Source: Octopus sinensis
Lineage: Eukaryota
Reading direction: 5' to 3'
Length of the DNA stretch: 64,000 bases
NCBI RefSeq assembly: GCF_006345805.1
Contig: NC_043025.1
Coordinates: 12,214,001-12,278,000 of the forward strand
The stretch's first letter is position 1, and every line of letters starts with the position of its first letter. The translations under genes were made by a program, and so were the position numbers. Below are positions 11,648 through 24,649 of this stretch, in pieces. Under the pieces are notes generated by a model that had not been told where the DNA came from, ran no database searches, and saw only the letters and a list, made by a program, of their open reading frames with translations.

Positions 11648-11961
11648 AGATATATATATATATATATATATAATACATTACTATATACATATAAAATTTA
11701 ATTAAGGGTAGAAATCGATATTTATCAATTAAAACCAGTGGTCTAGCATATTAAAAAAAGAATCCGAAGATAAATATTTATATACACCAATTAAGGACTG
11801 GACACTTGTTTATTGCTTGGGTTTGTGATGAGTTTGATTTGAGAACATATCTTTTCTGGAGAATGGATTTGACATCTATATCTAGCAGGTTGACTGTCCA
11901 CTTTTCGTGTTCAGTCCTTAATTGGCATATACATATACATATACATATATACAATATATAC

Positions 11962-12003
<42 letters not shown>

Positions 12004-12373
12004 CATATATATATATACATATACACAATACATATACATATATATATCTATAATATAAAACTGTAGTTGTGTGAGTGTCTGTCCCTTCGATTTAGATTCT
12101 AACTACTCCCACATTTTGCGGTGCAGTTTAACCAAAACCTGGTATCTTATAGTCGTGGTTCATATCGAGCCCTTCTGGGTATTAGCGCGCGTCTATGATG
12201 AGTCTACGATTTTAAATAATTTACCATCATTTTTTCCATTTTAATGCATTTTTTTGCTATTATATAGGGAAGTAACTCTCTAAAAATGTCTACGATGAGT
12301 CAACGATTTAAAAAATTTACTATAATTTTTTTTTCCATTTTGAATTATGCTTTTTTTGCTATATTTTGGCTAT

Positions 12374-12473
12374 NNNNNNNNNNNNNNNNNNNNNNNNNNN
12401 NNNNNNNNNNNNNNNNNNNNNNNNNNNNNNNNNNNNNNNNNNNNNNNNNNNNNNNNNNNNNNNNNNNNNNNNN
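12374..12473. other. Assembly gap (100 N)
   Basis: Run of N between a Helitron-like repeat and the 67-bp array. Confidence 1.
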
Positions 12474-13088
12474 ACAATAATCTCCCATAGGAACAGTGTT
12501 TCACAGAGTCTGCTTGTAAACCGGAAACTTGTAAAACAGAACGATAATCTCCCATAGGAGCAGTGTTTCACAGAGTCCGCTTGGAAACCGGAAACTTGTA
12601 AAACAGAACAATAATCTCCCATAGGAACAGTGTTTCACAGAGTCTGCTTGTAAACCGGAAACTTGTAAAACAGAACAATAATCTCCCATAGGAGCAGTGT
12701 TTCACAGATTCCGCTTGTAAAACAGAACGATAATCTCCCATAGGAGCAGTGTTTCACAGAGTCCGCTTGGAAACCGGAAACTTGTAAAAAAGAACAATAA
12801 TCTCCCATAGGAGCAGTGTTTCACAGATTCCGCTTGTAAACCGGAAACTTGTAAAACAGAACGATAATCTCCCATAGGAGCAGTGTTTCAGATATTCCGC
12901 TTGTAAACCGGAAACTTGTAAAAGAGAACGATAATCTCCCATAGGAGCAGTGTTTCACAGAGTCCGCTTGTAAACCGGAAACTTGTAAAACAGAACGATA
13001 ATCTCTCATAGGAGCAGTGTTTCATAGATTCCGCTTGGAAACCAGAAACTTGTAAAACAGAACAATAATCTCCCATAGGAGCAGTGTT
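12474..13088. repeat. 67-bp minisatellite (~9 units, left end in the gap); a second array of ~20 units lies at 21505-22870
   Basis: Unit CTTGTAAACCGGAAACTTGTAAAACAGAACAATAATCTCCCATAGGAGCAGTGTTTCACAGAGTCCG; period 21541 to 21608 = 67. Confidence 0.93.
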
Positions 13089-15180
13089 TTAAATCCTAAT
13101 TCGTCATCATCATCGTTTAACGTCCGCTTTCCAAGCTAGCATGGGTTGGACGGTTCGACCGGGGATCTGGGAAGCCAGAAGGCTGCACCAGGCTCCAGTC
13201 TGCTCTGGCAGTGTTTCTACAGCTGGATGCCCTTCCTAACGCCAACCACTCCGTGAGGGTAGTGGGTGCTTTTTACGGGCCACCTGTACATGTGCCAGGC
13301 AAGGCTGGCAACGGCCACGATTGGATTGGTGCATTTTACATGCCACCGGCACGGAAGCCAGTCGGGGCGACGCTGGCATCGGCCACGATACGGATAGCGC
13401 TTTTTACGTACCACCAGTCCAGGGGTCCTAGCAAATGGTTCCCAGAAAAATATTCTACCTGTAAAATTTATAATACTCATAAATAAATGTCAATAAAACA
13501 ACACGAGAATGTAAAAAATATTTTTTGTAAAATAAAAAGAATGTCAAGATCATTTATAATAAAAATTATTATTATTATTATGGTTTTCTGAATTACTTTC
13601 ATTTTCACTGGACTTAAACACACCGTCACTTGTGGACACAATCACCAATTCACAAGCACTCATGGACAGACCTGTAGATCTCTTTTTAAAAAACAAGTCT
13701 AGAGTTTTTGCCCTCTATAAATTTCTTGGTAATACGCATAATCATTTGTTATGGTAGTAGAAGCATTTGGAATTCATTCAATATATGGATCTTGTGCTTG
13801 AAAGATTTCAGCTCATCATAGAAGAGTGCGGTGAAAAAAAACTCGTAAACCCAGGGTCTCGTAGAGCAGGTTCTCATAAGGTGAGGTATTACTCTTTTAC
13901 TTGTTTCAGTCATTTGACTGCGGCCATGCTGGAGCACCGCTTTTAGTCGAGCAAATCGACCCCGGGACTTATTCTTTGTAAGCCCAGTACATATTCTATC
14001 GGTCTATTTTGCCGAACCGCTAACTGATGGGGACGTAAACACACCAGCATCGGTTGTCAAACAGTGCTAGGGGGGCAAACACAAATGCATACATATATAT
14101 ATATATATATAAATATAAATACATATATACGACGGGCTTCTTTCAGTTTCCGTCTACCAAATCCACTGACAAGGCTTTGGTCGGCCCGCGGCTATAGCAG
14201 AAGACACTTGCCCAAGGTGCCACGCAGTGGGACTGAACCCGGAACCATGTGGTTGGTTAGCATACTACTTACCACAAAGCCACTCCTACGCCTATATATA
14301 TATAAACATGTGTGTGTGTGTATGTTTGTCCCCCAACAACGCTCGACAACCGATGCTGGTGTGTTTACGTCCCCGTAACTTAGCGGTGTGGCAAAATACC
14401 CTGATAGAAAAAATACTGGGCTTACGAAGAATAAGTCTTGGGGTTCGATTTGCTCAACTAAATGGCGGTGCTCCAGCATGGCCGCAGTCAAATGACTGAA
14501 ACAAGTAAAAGAGTAGTATAACCGATACGGCATTCTGGTTTCCTGATATTTGCGATGCATAAACTTCGATTCTGTTTTTCTTGTTGGAAATTGGCGGATT
14601 TTACATACACACCTGAAGCAGGTGAGAAGAAATAAGCAAGGTTTTTTTTTAAGAGGAGACATTGCTGGTATAATGTCGTTATATCTATACTCGAGAAACC
14701 CAGGGAAAAACATAGAAACAGAATGGAAGAGAACAAGCACACACACACACACAGACAAGCAACACACACACACACACAGACAAGAACAAACACACACTCA
14801 CACACACACAGACAAGAACAAGCACACACACACAGACAAGAACAAGCACACACACACACACACACAGACAAGAACAAGCACACACACACACACACACACA
14901 CAGACAAGAACAAGCACACGCGCCAGCTAGTCATGACTAGTCGATCCTTACATTGTGTTTTTGTGTTATTTACGTTGCTAGGTAGGTCGTCGTAGGATCG
15001 ACTAGTCACGACTAGCTTACGCGAGTGCGCGCACCGGGACCACTGTTCTCGAGTAGTACCATCGTAAAGCTCCTCGAACTCGCGCGCACAAAGTTCGGTC
15101 TTCTAAAATCGTATGTGTGGGCGTTATGGGTTTTAATGAGCTCTGGGGTGATGGTCACGGGGATTGCATATTGAGGTAAA

Positions 15181-15336
15181 CGGAAGTGAAGACTGCAGGC
15201 CCCGGCGAAAGAGCCACGGGCGCATGCGCGGACAGAAAGCACTTTGGCGCAATTCAATGAGAGACGGCAAGGGTGGCAGGACCCTGTTTTTCTTCAATTT
15301 AAGGGCAGCGATCGCTCGTCCCGCCTCGGTCGACAG
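15181..15336 (+). promoter_or_regulatory. CpG-rich promoter / non-coding first exon of the ZNF gene
   Basis: ETS-like CGGAAGTG at 15181, NRF1-like GCGCATGCGC at ~15220, strong donor CAG|GTAAGG at 15336/15337. A matching acceptor tttcag at 18075 precedes the ZNF ORF. The 5' boundary is approximate. Confidence 0.65.
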
Positions 15337-15371
15337 GTAAGGCCTCTCTATGGTTAAACTATTATTTCACT

Positions 15372-15816
15372 GGCGATCTTACGGTATAAGTACCGGATAC
15401 ATTTAAAAAAAGTGTGTTTTTTTTTTATATATGGGGGGTTAGGGTTTGTGTTAGGGGTGGGAGAAAAGGGTTTCTCTTATCTTCAGAAATGTAAACTCAC
15501 GTGTGTACATGTACCGAAGGATCGCCACATACCCTAACCCCCCACATATATAAAAGAAACCCTTTTTTGAAACGTATCCCGTACTTGCGGAAGTACAGCG
15601 GTACTTATACCTATTTCTTTACTACCCACAAGGGGCTAAACACAGAGGGGACAAAGGGATTAAGTCGATTACATGGGCCCCAGTGCGTAACTGGTACTTA
15701 ATTTATCGACCCCGAAAGGATGAAAGGCAAAGTCGACCTCGGCGGAATTTGAACTCAGAACGTAACGGCAGACGAAATACCGTTAAGCATTTCGGTACTT
15801 ATACCGTAAGATCGCC
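15372..15816. mobile_element. MITE with perfect 24-bp TIRs and a 4-bp CACT direct flank; carries a SINE insertion with a 13-bp TSD
   Basis: GGCGATCTTACGGTATAAGTACCG at 15372-15395 and its reverse complement at 15793-15816; CACT at 15368-15371 and 15817-15820; CGGTACTTATACC on both sides of the SINE. Confidence 0.75.
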
Positions 15817-16538
15817 CACTTCCGGAAGTAGACGATCGCCATTTCACTTCGATAGTGTTGGTGAATGGGTCGAACTAAAGCCTTTGACCCGGGCACAAAA
15901 AGAAAAAAAAAAAAAAAGGGTCCATGGCCTTTAAACTATAAGTGTTTGACCCTGGCCAGAAAAAAATGGACAAAATAGTGTAATAGGTGTAAAAGTACTT
16001 GTTCTAAACGATTATCAAAAACATACACACACACACACACAAAGAGAAATGGTTGGTTGAAGGCAAGTGTGCATTGAACTGAATTTAAATAAGCAAGAAA
16101 GATATTATCAAAGAAAAGGCCATGGTACCATCTTTAGGATCTGTTGTTGGTGAAGTTATTAATATCAATATGTATGCATATATATATACATACATATATA
16201 TATATCTATGTATGTGTATACGTATATATATATATAAATACATACATACATATATATGTATATATATATATATATAAATATATGTATGTATGTATATATA
16301 TATATATATATACATACATATATATGTATGTATATATATATATAAATGTATATATATAAATACATATATATATATATAAATGCATATATATATTTATATA
16401 TATATATATATACATATATAATTATATATATATATACATGCATGTATATATGTACATACATATATATATATACACACACATATATATATACACACACACA
16501 TACATTCACATATATGTATATATATATATATAAATATA

Positions 16539-16572
<34 letters not shown>

Positions 16573-16617
16573 TATATATTTATATATATATATATACATA
16601 CATGCATGTATATATAG

Positions 16618-16649
<32 letters not shown>

Positions 16650-17464
16650 GTATAAATACATATATATATATATATACTAGCAGTATAACCCAGTTTTGCC
16701 CGGCATTAAGTTAGGATTATTAAGCTAAAGAAGTTCTTTATTTCAAACCAAACAGAATATATTCCTTGCCACCGGTACAACACTCACCGACAAACCGCCG
16801 CGAAGCAGCTCGAGAAATTCCGTTCGTCTCGTCAAAAGCCAGCACACCAAACTGACCGACGCATGCGCGGGAAGCAAGCTTCTTACTCTGCAGCTATGCC
16901 TGCACCTATGGTAGAATTCTTCAGAAATTCTACAGGATTGGCTGTGTGGTAAGTAGCTTGCTAACCAACCACACGGTTCCGGGTTCAGTCACACTGCGTG
17001 GCATCTTGGGCAAGTGTCTTCTGCTATAGACCCGGGCCGACCAATGCCTTGTGAGTGGATTTGGGAGACGGAAACTGAAAGAAGCCTGTCATATATATGT
17101 ATATATATATATATGTGTGTGTGTGTGTTTGTCCCCCTAGCATTGCTTGGCAACCGATGCTGGTGTGTTTACGTGCCCGTCACTTAACGGTTCGACAAAA
17201 GAGACCGATAGAATAAGTACTGGGCGTAGAAAGAATAAGTCCGGGGTCGATTTGCTCGCCTAAAGGCGGTGCTCCAGCATGGCCGCAGTCAAATGACTGA
17301 AACAAGTCAAAGAGTAAACGAGTAAGAGTATCTAACCTTCCAGCAGTGTATAAACAGAACATCAGGACATCTATTTCTTTGGCTTCACTTAAATTTTACT
17401 TCCAGATTGATTCTAATATGAGACTGCCAAGGAATTTTCAATTTGTCAACTACTGTCAAATTTG

Positions 17465-18025
17465 TATTATTCCTACCGCTCTATGTCACGCTGGTGAGAC
17501 CCATATTGGAGTACGGGATTCAAGCCTCTTCTCCTTATCTCCTCAAAGACATACAGCATCTCGAAAGAGTCCAGAAGTTGGCTACCCGCATGGTTCTTGG
17601 TGTCAAGAATTTGTCTTATGAAGAAAGGCTGACGACGCTCGACCTTTATTCTCTAGAAAAACGACGATGCCGTGGTGATCTCATTCTTGCTCACAACATC
17701 ATAAGCAGAAAGTGTAACCTCTCAAAAGAGCTGTTCTTCGCTCCTGCTCCAGAGCGTTGCCTGCGGGGTCATTCCGAAAAGCTCTATCTGCGACGATTTC
17801 ATCTCAATCGAAGGAGAGAGGCTTTCCCTGTCCGTGTTTCGGCTCCGTGGGATAAACTGCCGGACGAGATGGTGAAGATGCCAACGGCCGCTCGGTTCAA
17901 AGTCTCCCTTGACCACAAGTGGCCTGAACTCTTTACATGAACACCACCCTGTACATAACTCCATGTCCCCCTACATGGCCTTGCTTTTTGCATTTTGAGC
18001 CAAAAATTAACTAACTAACTAACCT
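17465..18025 (+). mobile_element. 5'-truncated CR1 LINE (ORF2 C-terminus, 3' UTR, (TAAC)n tail) in the ZNF intron; shorter copy at 29317-29712
   Basis: LYVTLVRPILEYG...LERVQKLATRMV...SYEERL..LDLYSLEKRRCRGDLI...W..LP CR1 signature. Confidence 0.92.
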
Positions 18026-18441
18026 TAAATTTCTATGTCTCCTCCCTGATTGACGCAGTTTCTCTGATATTTCAGATAACCAGAAGACATTGGCAGCAAA
18101 GAATACTTCAGTGGTCAGAATCGACGTTTGCCATCTTTCAAAGATTAAAGGAGAACATCACAGGGAACAGATATCACACGGAATATGTAAACACATGGTG
18201 GAATTATTGTGGAATATTTCTTCCGAGTAAGACTGTTAGCGAAATATCTCTACTTCTTCACTGTCTGGAATGTTTTGAAGATGATATGGTATTCTAATTA
18301 AACTTGGATGACAAAGGAGTTTGAGGCATCTTCAGATAACAGAAGATTCAGGAAATATAAAGGGAATAAATATTTGTTAATGAAAACAAAATTTAGTTCG
18401 GAAAAAGTAAAACATCTGAACATTGTGGTAAGAGGAAGAAA

Positions 18442-20472
18442 ATGATGGAAAACGAATTCTGTGAAGGCGGCAGTGTTAAATGTAAATCAGTGTTTGACAA
18501 TAATGATTTTCTTGATGAGAAGCCAAAAGACGGAGGGCAAAAACCCTATTCTTGTGATATATGTAAAATGTCATTCTCTCAAAAAGGTAAACTCATTGTT
18601 CACAAACGTATTCATACAGGAGATAAGACATATCACTGTGATATCTGTGGTAAATCATTCTCTCAAAGCAATCTCTTGACTAGACACAAACGCATTCATA
18701 CAGGGGAAAAGCCATATCACTGTGATATCTGTGATAAATCATTCTCTTTTAGCAGAAGCTTAAATACACACAGACGTGTTCATACAGGAGAGAACCTACA
18801 TCACTGCGATATCTGTGGTAAATCATTCCCTCAAAATAGTCAATTAACTAGACACAAACGCATTCACACAGGAGAGAAACCCTATCACTGTGAGATCTGT
18901 GGTAAATTATTTGCTCAGAAATGTAATCTAATTACACACAAACGTATTCATACGGGAGAGAAGCCATATCGGTGTGATATCTGTGGTAAATCATTCTCTC
19001 AAACGCATACCTTAACTATACACAAACGTGTTCATACAGGAGAGAAGCCATATCACTGCGATATCTGCGGTAAATCATTCTCTGAACAAAAACATGTAAC
19101 TAGACACAAACGTATTCATACAGGAGAGAAACCCTATCACTGTGAGATCTGTGGTCAATCATTCTCTGTGAACAGTAGCTTAAATTCAAACAAACGTATT
19201 CATACAGGAGAGAAACCCTATCACTGTGAGATCTGTGATAAATCACTCGCTTTGAGCAGTAACTTAAATGCACACAAACGTGTTCATAGAGGAGTGAAGC
19301 CACATCAGTGTGATATCTGTGGTAAATCATTCTCTGAAGGAAATAAACTATCTATACACAAATTCACTCACACAAGAAAGAAACCCTATCACTGTGAGAT
19401 CTGTGGTAAAATATTTACTCAGAAAGGTAATCTAATTACACACAAACGTATTCATACGGGAGAGAAGCCATATCGGTGTGATATCTGTGGTAAATCATTC
19501 TCTAATGGCAGTAGCTTCACTAGACACAAACATGTTCATATAGGAGAGAGGACATTCGACTGTGATATCTGTGGTAAATCATTCTCTCGAAGTGATCACT
19601 TAGCTAATCACAAACGTGTTCATTCAGGAGAAAAGCCATATCCGTGTGATATCTGTGGTAAATCATTCTCTAGAAGGCCTGACTTAAATAAACACAGACG
19701 TGTTCATACAGGGGAGAAGCCATTTGACTGTGACATTTGTGGTGAATCATTTACTCAGAAAGGTAATCTAATTACACACAAACGTATTCATACGGGAGAG
19801 AAGCCATATCACTGTGAGATCTGTGGTAAATCATTCTGTCGAAGTCATAACTTAGCTAATCCCAGACGTATTCATACAGGAGAGAGGACATATCACTGTG
19901 ATATCTGTGGTAAATCATTCTCTCGAAGTGATCACTTAGCTAAACACATACGTGTTCATACAGGAGAGAAGCCATATCACTGTGAGATCTGTGGTAAATC
20001 ATTCTCTGTGAGCAGTAGCTTGAGTAAACACAAACGTATTCATACAGGAGAGAAACCCTATCACTGTGAGATCTGTGGTAAATCATTCTCTGGAGGAAAT
20101 AATCTATCTATACACAAATTCACTCACACAGGAGAGAAACCCTATCACTGTGAGATCTGTGGTAAAATATTTACTCAGAAAGGTACTCTAATTAGACACA
20201 AACGTATTCATACGGGAGAGAAGCCGTATCGGTGTGATATCTGTGGTAAATCATTCTCTGATGGCAGTAGCTTCACTAGACACAAACCTGTTCATATAGG
20301 AGAGAGGACATTCCACTGTGATATCTGTGGTAAATCATTCTCTCGAAGTGATCAGTTAGCTAATCACATACGTGTTCATACAGGAGAGAAGCCATATTAC
20401 TGTGAGATTTGTGGTAAATCATTTTCTATAAAAAATCGCTTGGCTAGACACAAACTTACACATACGGGATAA
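18442..20472 (+). CDS. C2H2 zinc-finger protein, 676 aa, 23 tandem fingers (fingers 8 and 16 lack the first His), short acidic N-terminus, no KRAB/SCAN/BTB
   Basis: ORF track: 28-aa repeats CxxC-x12-H-x3-H with TGEKPY linkers. All fingers lie in one exon (acceptor at 18075). Confidence 0.96.
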   Translation: MMENEFCEGGSVKCKSVFDNNDFLDEKPKDGGQKPYSCDICKMSFSQKGKLIVHKRIHTGDKTYHCDICGKSFSQSNLLTRHKRIHTGEKPYHCDICDKSFSFSRSLNTHRRVHTGENLHHCDICGKSFPQNSQLTRHKRIHTGEKPYHCEICGKLFAQKCNLITHKRIHTGEKPYRCDICGKSFSQTHTLTIHKRVHTGEKPYHCDICGKSFSEQKHVTRHKRIHTGEKPYHCEICGQSFSVNSSLNSNKRIHTGEKPYHCEICDKSLALSSNLNAHKRVHRGVKPHQCDICGKSFSEGNKLSIHKFTHTRKKPYHCEICGKIFTQKGNLITHKRIHTGEKPYRCDICGKSFSNGSSFTRHKHVHIGERTFDCDICGKSFSRSDHLANHKRVHSGEKPYPCDICGKSFSRRPDLNKHRRVHTGEKPFDCDICGESFTQKGNLITHKRIHTGEKPYHCEICGKSFCRSHNLANPRRIHTGERTYHCDICGKSFSRSDHLAKHIRVHTGEKPYHCEICGKSFSVSSSLSKHKRIHTGEKPYHCEICGKSFSGGNNLSIHKFTHTGEKPYHCEICGKIFTQKGTLIRHKRIHTGEKPYRCDICGKSFSDGSSFTRHKPVHIGERTFHCDICGKSFSRSDQLANHIRVHTGEKPYYCEICGKSFSIKNRLARHKLTHTG

Positions 20473-21504
20473 AAGCCATATCACTGTGATAAATCATTCT
20501 CTCAAAATAATCAGCTAACCAAACACAAATCTATTCTTGCGGGTGAAAAAATCTATAATACATCTTTCTTTCAAAATGGTAACTTAACTATACATAAGTA
20601 AACTTTTGCATGGTAGAAGCCATATCACTGTGATATCTGTGATAAATCATTCCCCAAAAAGACAATTCATTACAAAAGTAATGTGTTTGTAAAGGGAACT
20701 GGTTGCTTCTGTACACTTTTGGGGTGCAACACAATTTCCTTTCTTTTTGTTTCTAGAAACTACCAGTCAGGAACGAAACGCAAGTTTAAAAATATATACA
20801 ATTCTTTATTCTCTTGGTTCAACAATGAAACACGATGGTATACTGGTATCCACCTTGTTCAACACAGCAAGGCTGAATTCTATCGTTTGTAAGCTTCTTA
20901 CAATAATTCTGCAGCAATAGAACAGGTGAAATCCTAAGCGTCTGGGACAGGAGAATAGGCTGATCACACGTTTAAAATACGTCCTTTCTCTTCTATCGCC
21001 GTGTCTCAAGTCCCCGACGCTATTAAGGAAAGCGATAGAATTTCTTCTTCAGTCTCTAGCGCATGTGCATGGGGGAACTTCCTTATGCCTTTCCAGAAGG
21101 TTCCAATCCCGCACACGCACACTGAAGAAGGACGTTCCGCACACGCACAGTGTAGAATGACGTTGCGTGTGCGCACACTGGAATATGACGTCACTACATG
21201 TTCATACAAGTGAGTAATTGTATCTGTATCATAATTCTTTCTATGAAGGTAATATCTTCTATAAGATTATCTTAGGAATAATAAAACACAACACACGTCC
21301 TGTTTGTGTCGCTAGTAGAATAAGACTACCGCAACGGAAAAGAGAGAGTGCCTGATTAAATGCAGGTGAACTGTTGTAAAAAGTTTTGCTCTGACATTGC
21401 TGGTATTTTAATCCTAATAAAACTACACCTGAACGTGTATTTAGTTTATCACTTTCACACACACAAATATATATAAAATAATGCCTTGATATGCGAGTTC
21501 CCAG

Positions 21505-22870
21505 GGTCTGCTTGTAAACCGGAAACTTGTAAAACAGAACAATAATCTCCCATAGGAGCAGTGTTTCACAGAGTCCGCTTGTAAACCAGAAACTTGTAAA
21601 ACAGAGCAATAATCTCCCATAGGAGCAGTGTTTCACAGAGTCCGCTTGTAAACCAGAAACTTGTAAAACAGAGCAATAATCTCCCATAGGAGCAGTGTTT
21701 CACAGAGTCCGCTTGTAAACCAGAAACTTGTAAAAGAGAGCAATAATCTCCCATAGGAGCAGTGTTTCACAGAGTCCGCTTGGAAACCAGAAACTTGTAA
21801 AACAGAGCAATAATCTCCCATAGGAGCAGTGTTTCACAGAGTCCACTTGTAAAACAGAGCAATAATCTCCCATAGGAGCAGTGTTTCACAGAGTCCGCTT
21901 GTAAACCGGAAACTTGTAAAACAGAACAATAATCTACCATAGGAGCAGTGTTTCACAGTGTCCGCTTGTAAACCAGAAACTTGTAAAACAGAGCAATAAT
22001 CTCCCATAGGAGCAGTGTTTCACAGAGTCCGCTTGTAAACCGGAAACTTGTAAAACAGCAATAATCTCCCATAGGAGCAGTGTTTCACAGAGTCCGCTTG
22101 GAAACCAGAACAATAATCTCCCATAGGAGCAGTGTTTCACAGAGTCCGCTTGTAAACCAGAAACTTGTAAAACAGAGCAATAATCTCCCATAGGAGCAGT
22201 GTTTCACAGAGTCCGCTTGTAAACCGGAAACTTGTAAAACAGAGCAATAATCTCCCATAGGAGCAGTGTTTCACAGAGTCCGCTTGGAAACCAGAAACTT
22301 GTAAAACAGCAATAATCTCCCATAGGAGCAGTGTTTCACAGAGTCCGCTTGTAAACCGGAAACTTGTAAAACAGAACAATAATCTCCCATAGGAGCAGTG
22401 TTTCACAGAGTCCGCTTGTAAACCAGAAACTTGTAAAACAGAGCAATAATCTCCCATAGGAGCAGTGTTTCACAGAGTCCGCTTGGAAACCAGAAACTTG
22501 TAAAACAGAGCAATAATCTCCCATAGGAGCAGTGTTTCACAGAGTCCGCTTGGAAACCAGAAACTTGTAAAACAGAGCAATAATCTCCCATAGGAGCAGT
22601 GTTTCATAGATTCCGCTTGGAAACCAGAAACTTGTAAAACAGAGCAATAATCTCCCATAGGAGCAGTGTTTCATAGATTCCACTTGTAAAGCGGAAACTT
22701 GTAAAACAGAACAATAATCTCCCATAGGAGCAGTGTTTCATAGATTCCGCTTGGAAACCAGAAACTTGTAAAACAGAACAATAATCTCCCATAGGAACAG
22801 TGTTTCACAGAGTCCATTTCTAAACCAGAAACTTGTAAAACAGAACAATTATCTCCCATAGGAGCAGTGT
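21505..22870. repeat. 67-bp minisatellite, ~20 units
   Basis: Same unit as 12474-13088, followed by the same downstream flank. Confidence 0.93.
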
Positions 22871-24049
22871 TTTAAATCCTAATTCGTCATCATCATCGTT
22901 TAACGTCCGTTCTCCATGCTAGCATGGGTTGGACGGTTCGACCGGGGATCTGGGAAGCCGGAAGGCTGCACCAGGCTCCAGTCTGCTCTGGCAGTGTTTC
23001 TACAGCTGGATGCCCTTCCTAACGCCTACCGCTCAGTGAGTGTAGTGGGTGCTTTTTATGTGCCAGGTGAGGCTGACAACGGCCATGATCGGATTGGTGC
23101 TTTTTACATGCCACCGGCACGGAAGCCAGTCAAGGCGACGCTGGCATCGGCAACGATATGGATAGCGCTTTTTACGTACCACCAGTTCAGGGGTCCTGGC
23201 AATTGGTTCCCAGAAAAATATTCTACCTGTAAAATTTATAATACTCATAAATAAATGGCAATAAAACAACAGGAGAATGTAAAAAATATTTTTTGTAAAA
23301 TAAAAAGAATGTCAAGATCATTTATAATAAAAATTATTATTATTATTATTATGGTTTTCTGAATTACTTTCATTTTCACTGGACTTAAACACACCATCAC
23401 TTGTGGACACAATCACCAATTCACAAGCACTCATGGACAGACCTGTAGATCTCTTTTTAAAAAACAAGTCTAGAGTTTTTGCCCTCTATAAATTTCTTGG
23501 TAATATGCAGAAGCATTTGTTATGGTAGTAGAAACTTTTGGAATTCATTCAATATATGGATCTTGTGCTTGAAAGATTTCAGCTCATCATAGAAAAGTGA
23601 GGTGAAAAAAAACTTGTAAACCCAGGGTCTCGTAGAGCAGGTTCTCATAATGTGAGGTATTACTCTTTTACTTGTTTCAGTCATTTGACTGCGGCCATGC
23701 TGGAGCTCCGCTCTTAGTTTAGCAAATCGACCCCAGGACTTATTCTTTGTAAGCCCAGTACTTATTCTATCGGTCTATTTTGCCGAACCGCTAAGTGACG
23801 GGGACGTAAACACACCAGCATTGTCAAACAATGCTAGGGGGACAAACACACACATACATATATATATATACATATATACGACAGGCTTCTTTCAGTTTCC
23901 GTCTACCAAATCCACTCACAAGGCTTTGGTCGGTCCGGGGCTATAGTAGAAGACACTTGCTCAAGGTGCCACGCAGTGGGACTGAACCCGGAACCATGTG
24001 GTCAGTAAACAAGCTACTTACCACACAGCCACTCAAGAAATTAGATACT

Positions 24050-24315
24050 TAAATGTTTAGTTTTCAGAGTATTTTTATTTCCTTTGCCAAAGACTCCAAA
24101 CTTGCCATCAAGATGTAGGACAAGATACTGTGATAGCCTGGGCTTCAGAGGTCCACAGCTCTTCAATATCCTCCCGAAGGACCTGAGAGACCTGCATGGG
24201 GTGGATGCAGATATCTTTATAATAAAGCTGGACCTCTTTCTGTCAGGTGTCACAGACGAACCAACTTCACAGCAGGAGGTGCAGATGAGGGCAGCTGCAT
24301 CGAACTCTCTCATGC
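24050..24315 (+). mobile_element. CR1/L2-group LINE 3' fragment
   Basis: SLGFRGPQLFNILPKDLR...KLDLFLSGVTDEP...RAAASNSL motif. Confidence 0.75.
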
Positions 24316-24392
24316 TAGTCGATCCTACAACGATTACCTAGCAATTCCCAAAACCGAGTTCAAGTATAAGTAATTCTCAAAACCGGTTTTCG

Positions 24393-24639
24393 CGGGTACT
24401 ACTTAAGAAGAGTGGTCCCGGTGCGCGCATCCGCACTAGCTAGTCATGACTAGTCGATACTTACTTTGTGTTTTATTTACTTTAAAAAAAAATTATTTTG
24501 TGTAAAAAAAATTAATTATTTTGTGTTTTATTTACTTTGCTACGTAGTCGTTGTAGGATCGACTAGTCACGACTAGCTAGCGCGGATGCATGAATTCGCG
24601 AGAGCGCGCACCGGGACCACTGTTCTTAAATAGTACCCG
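24393..24639. mobile_element. Palindromic MITE (~36-bp TIRs); partial homolog at 14925-15060
   Basis: CGGGTACTACTTAAGAAGAGTGGTCCCGGTGCGCGC versus GCGCGCACCGGGACCACTGTTCTTAAATAGTACCCG; internal CTAGTCATGACTAG palindromes. Confidence 0.8.
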
Positions 24640-24649
24640 AATTCTTTAG

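Noticed and set aside
11375-16714. Tyr/Ile/His/Thr-rich ORFs here and at 51452-52210 and 54266-55998
   Set aside because: Translations of (TA)n, (CA)n and (GATA)n tracts.
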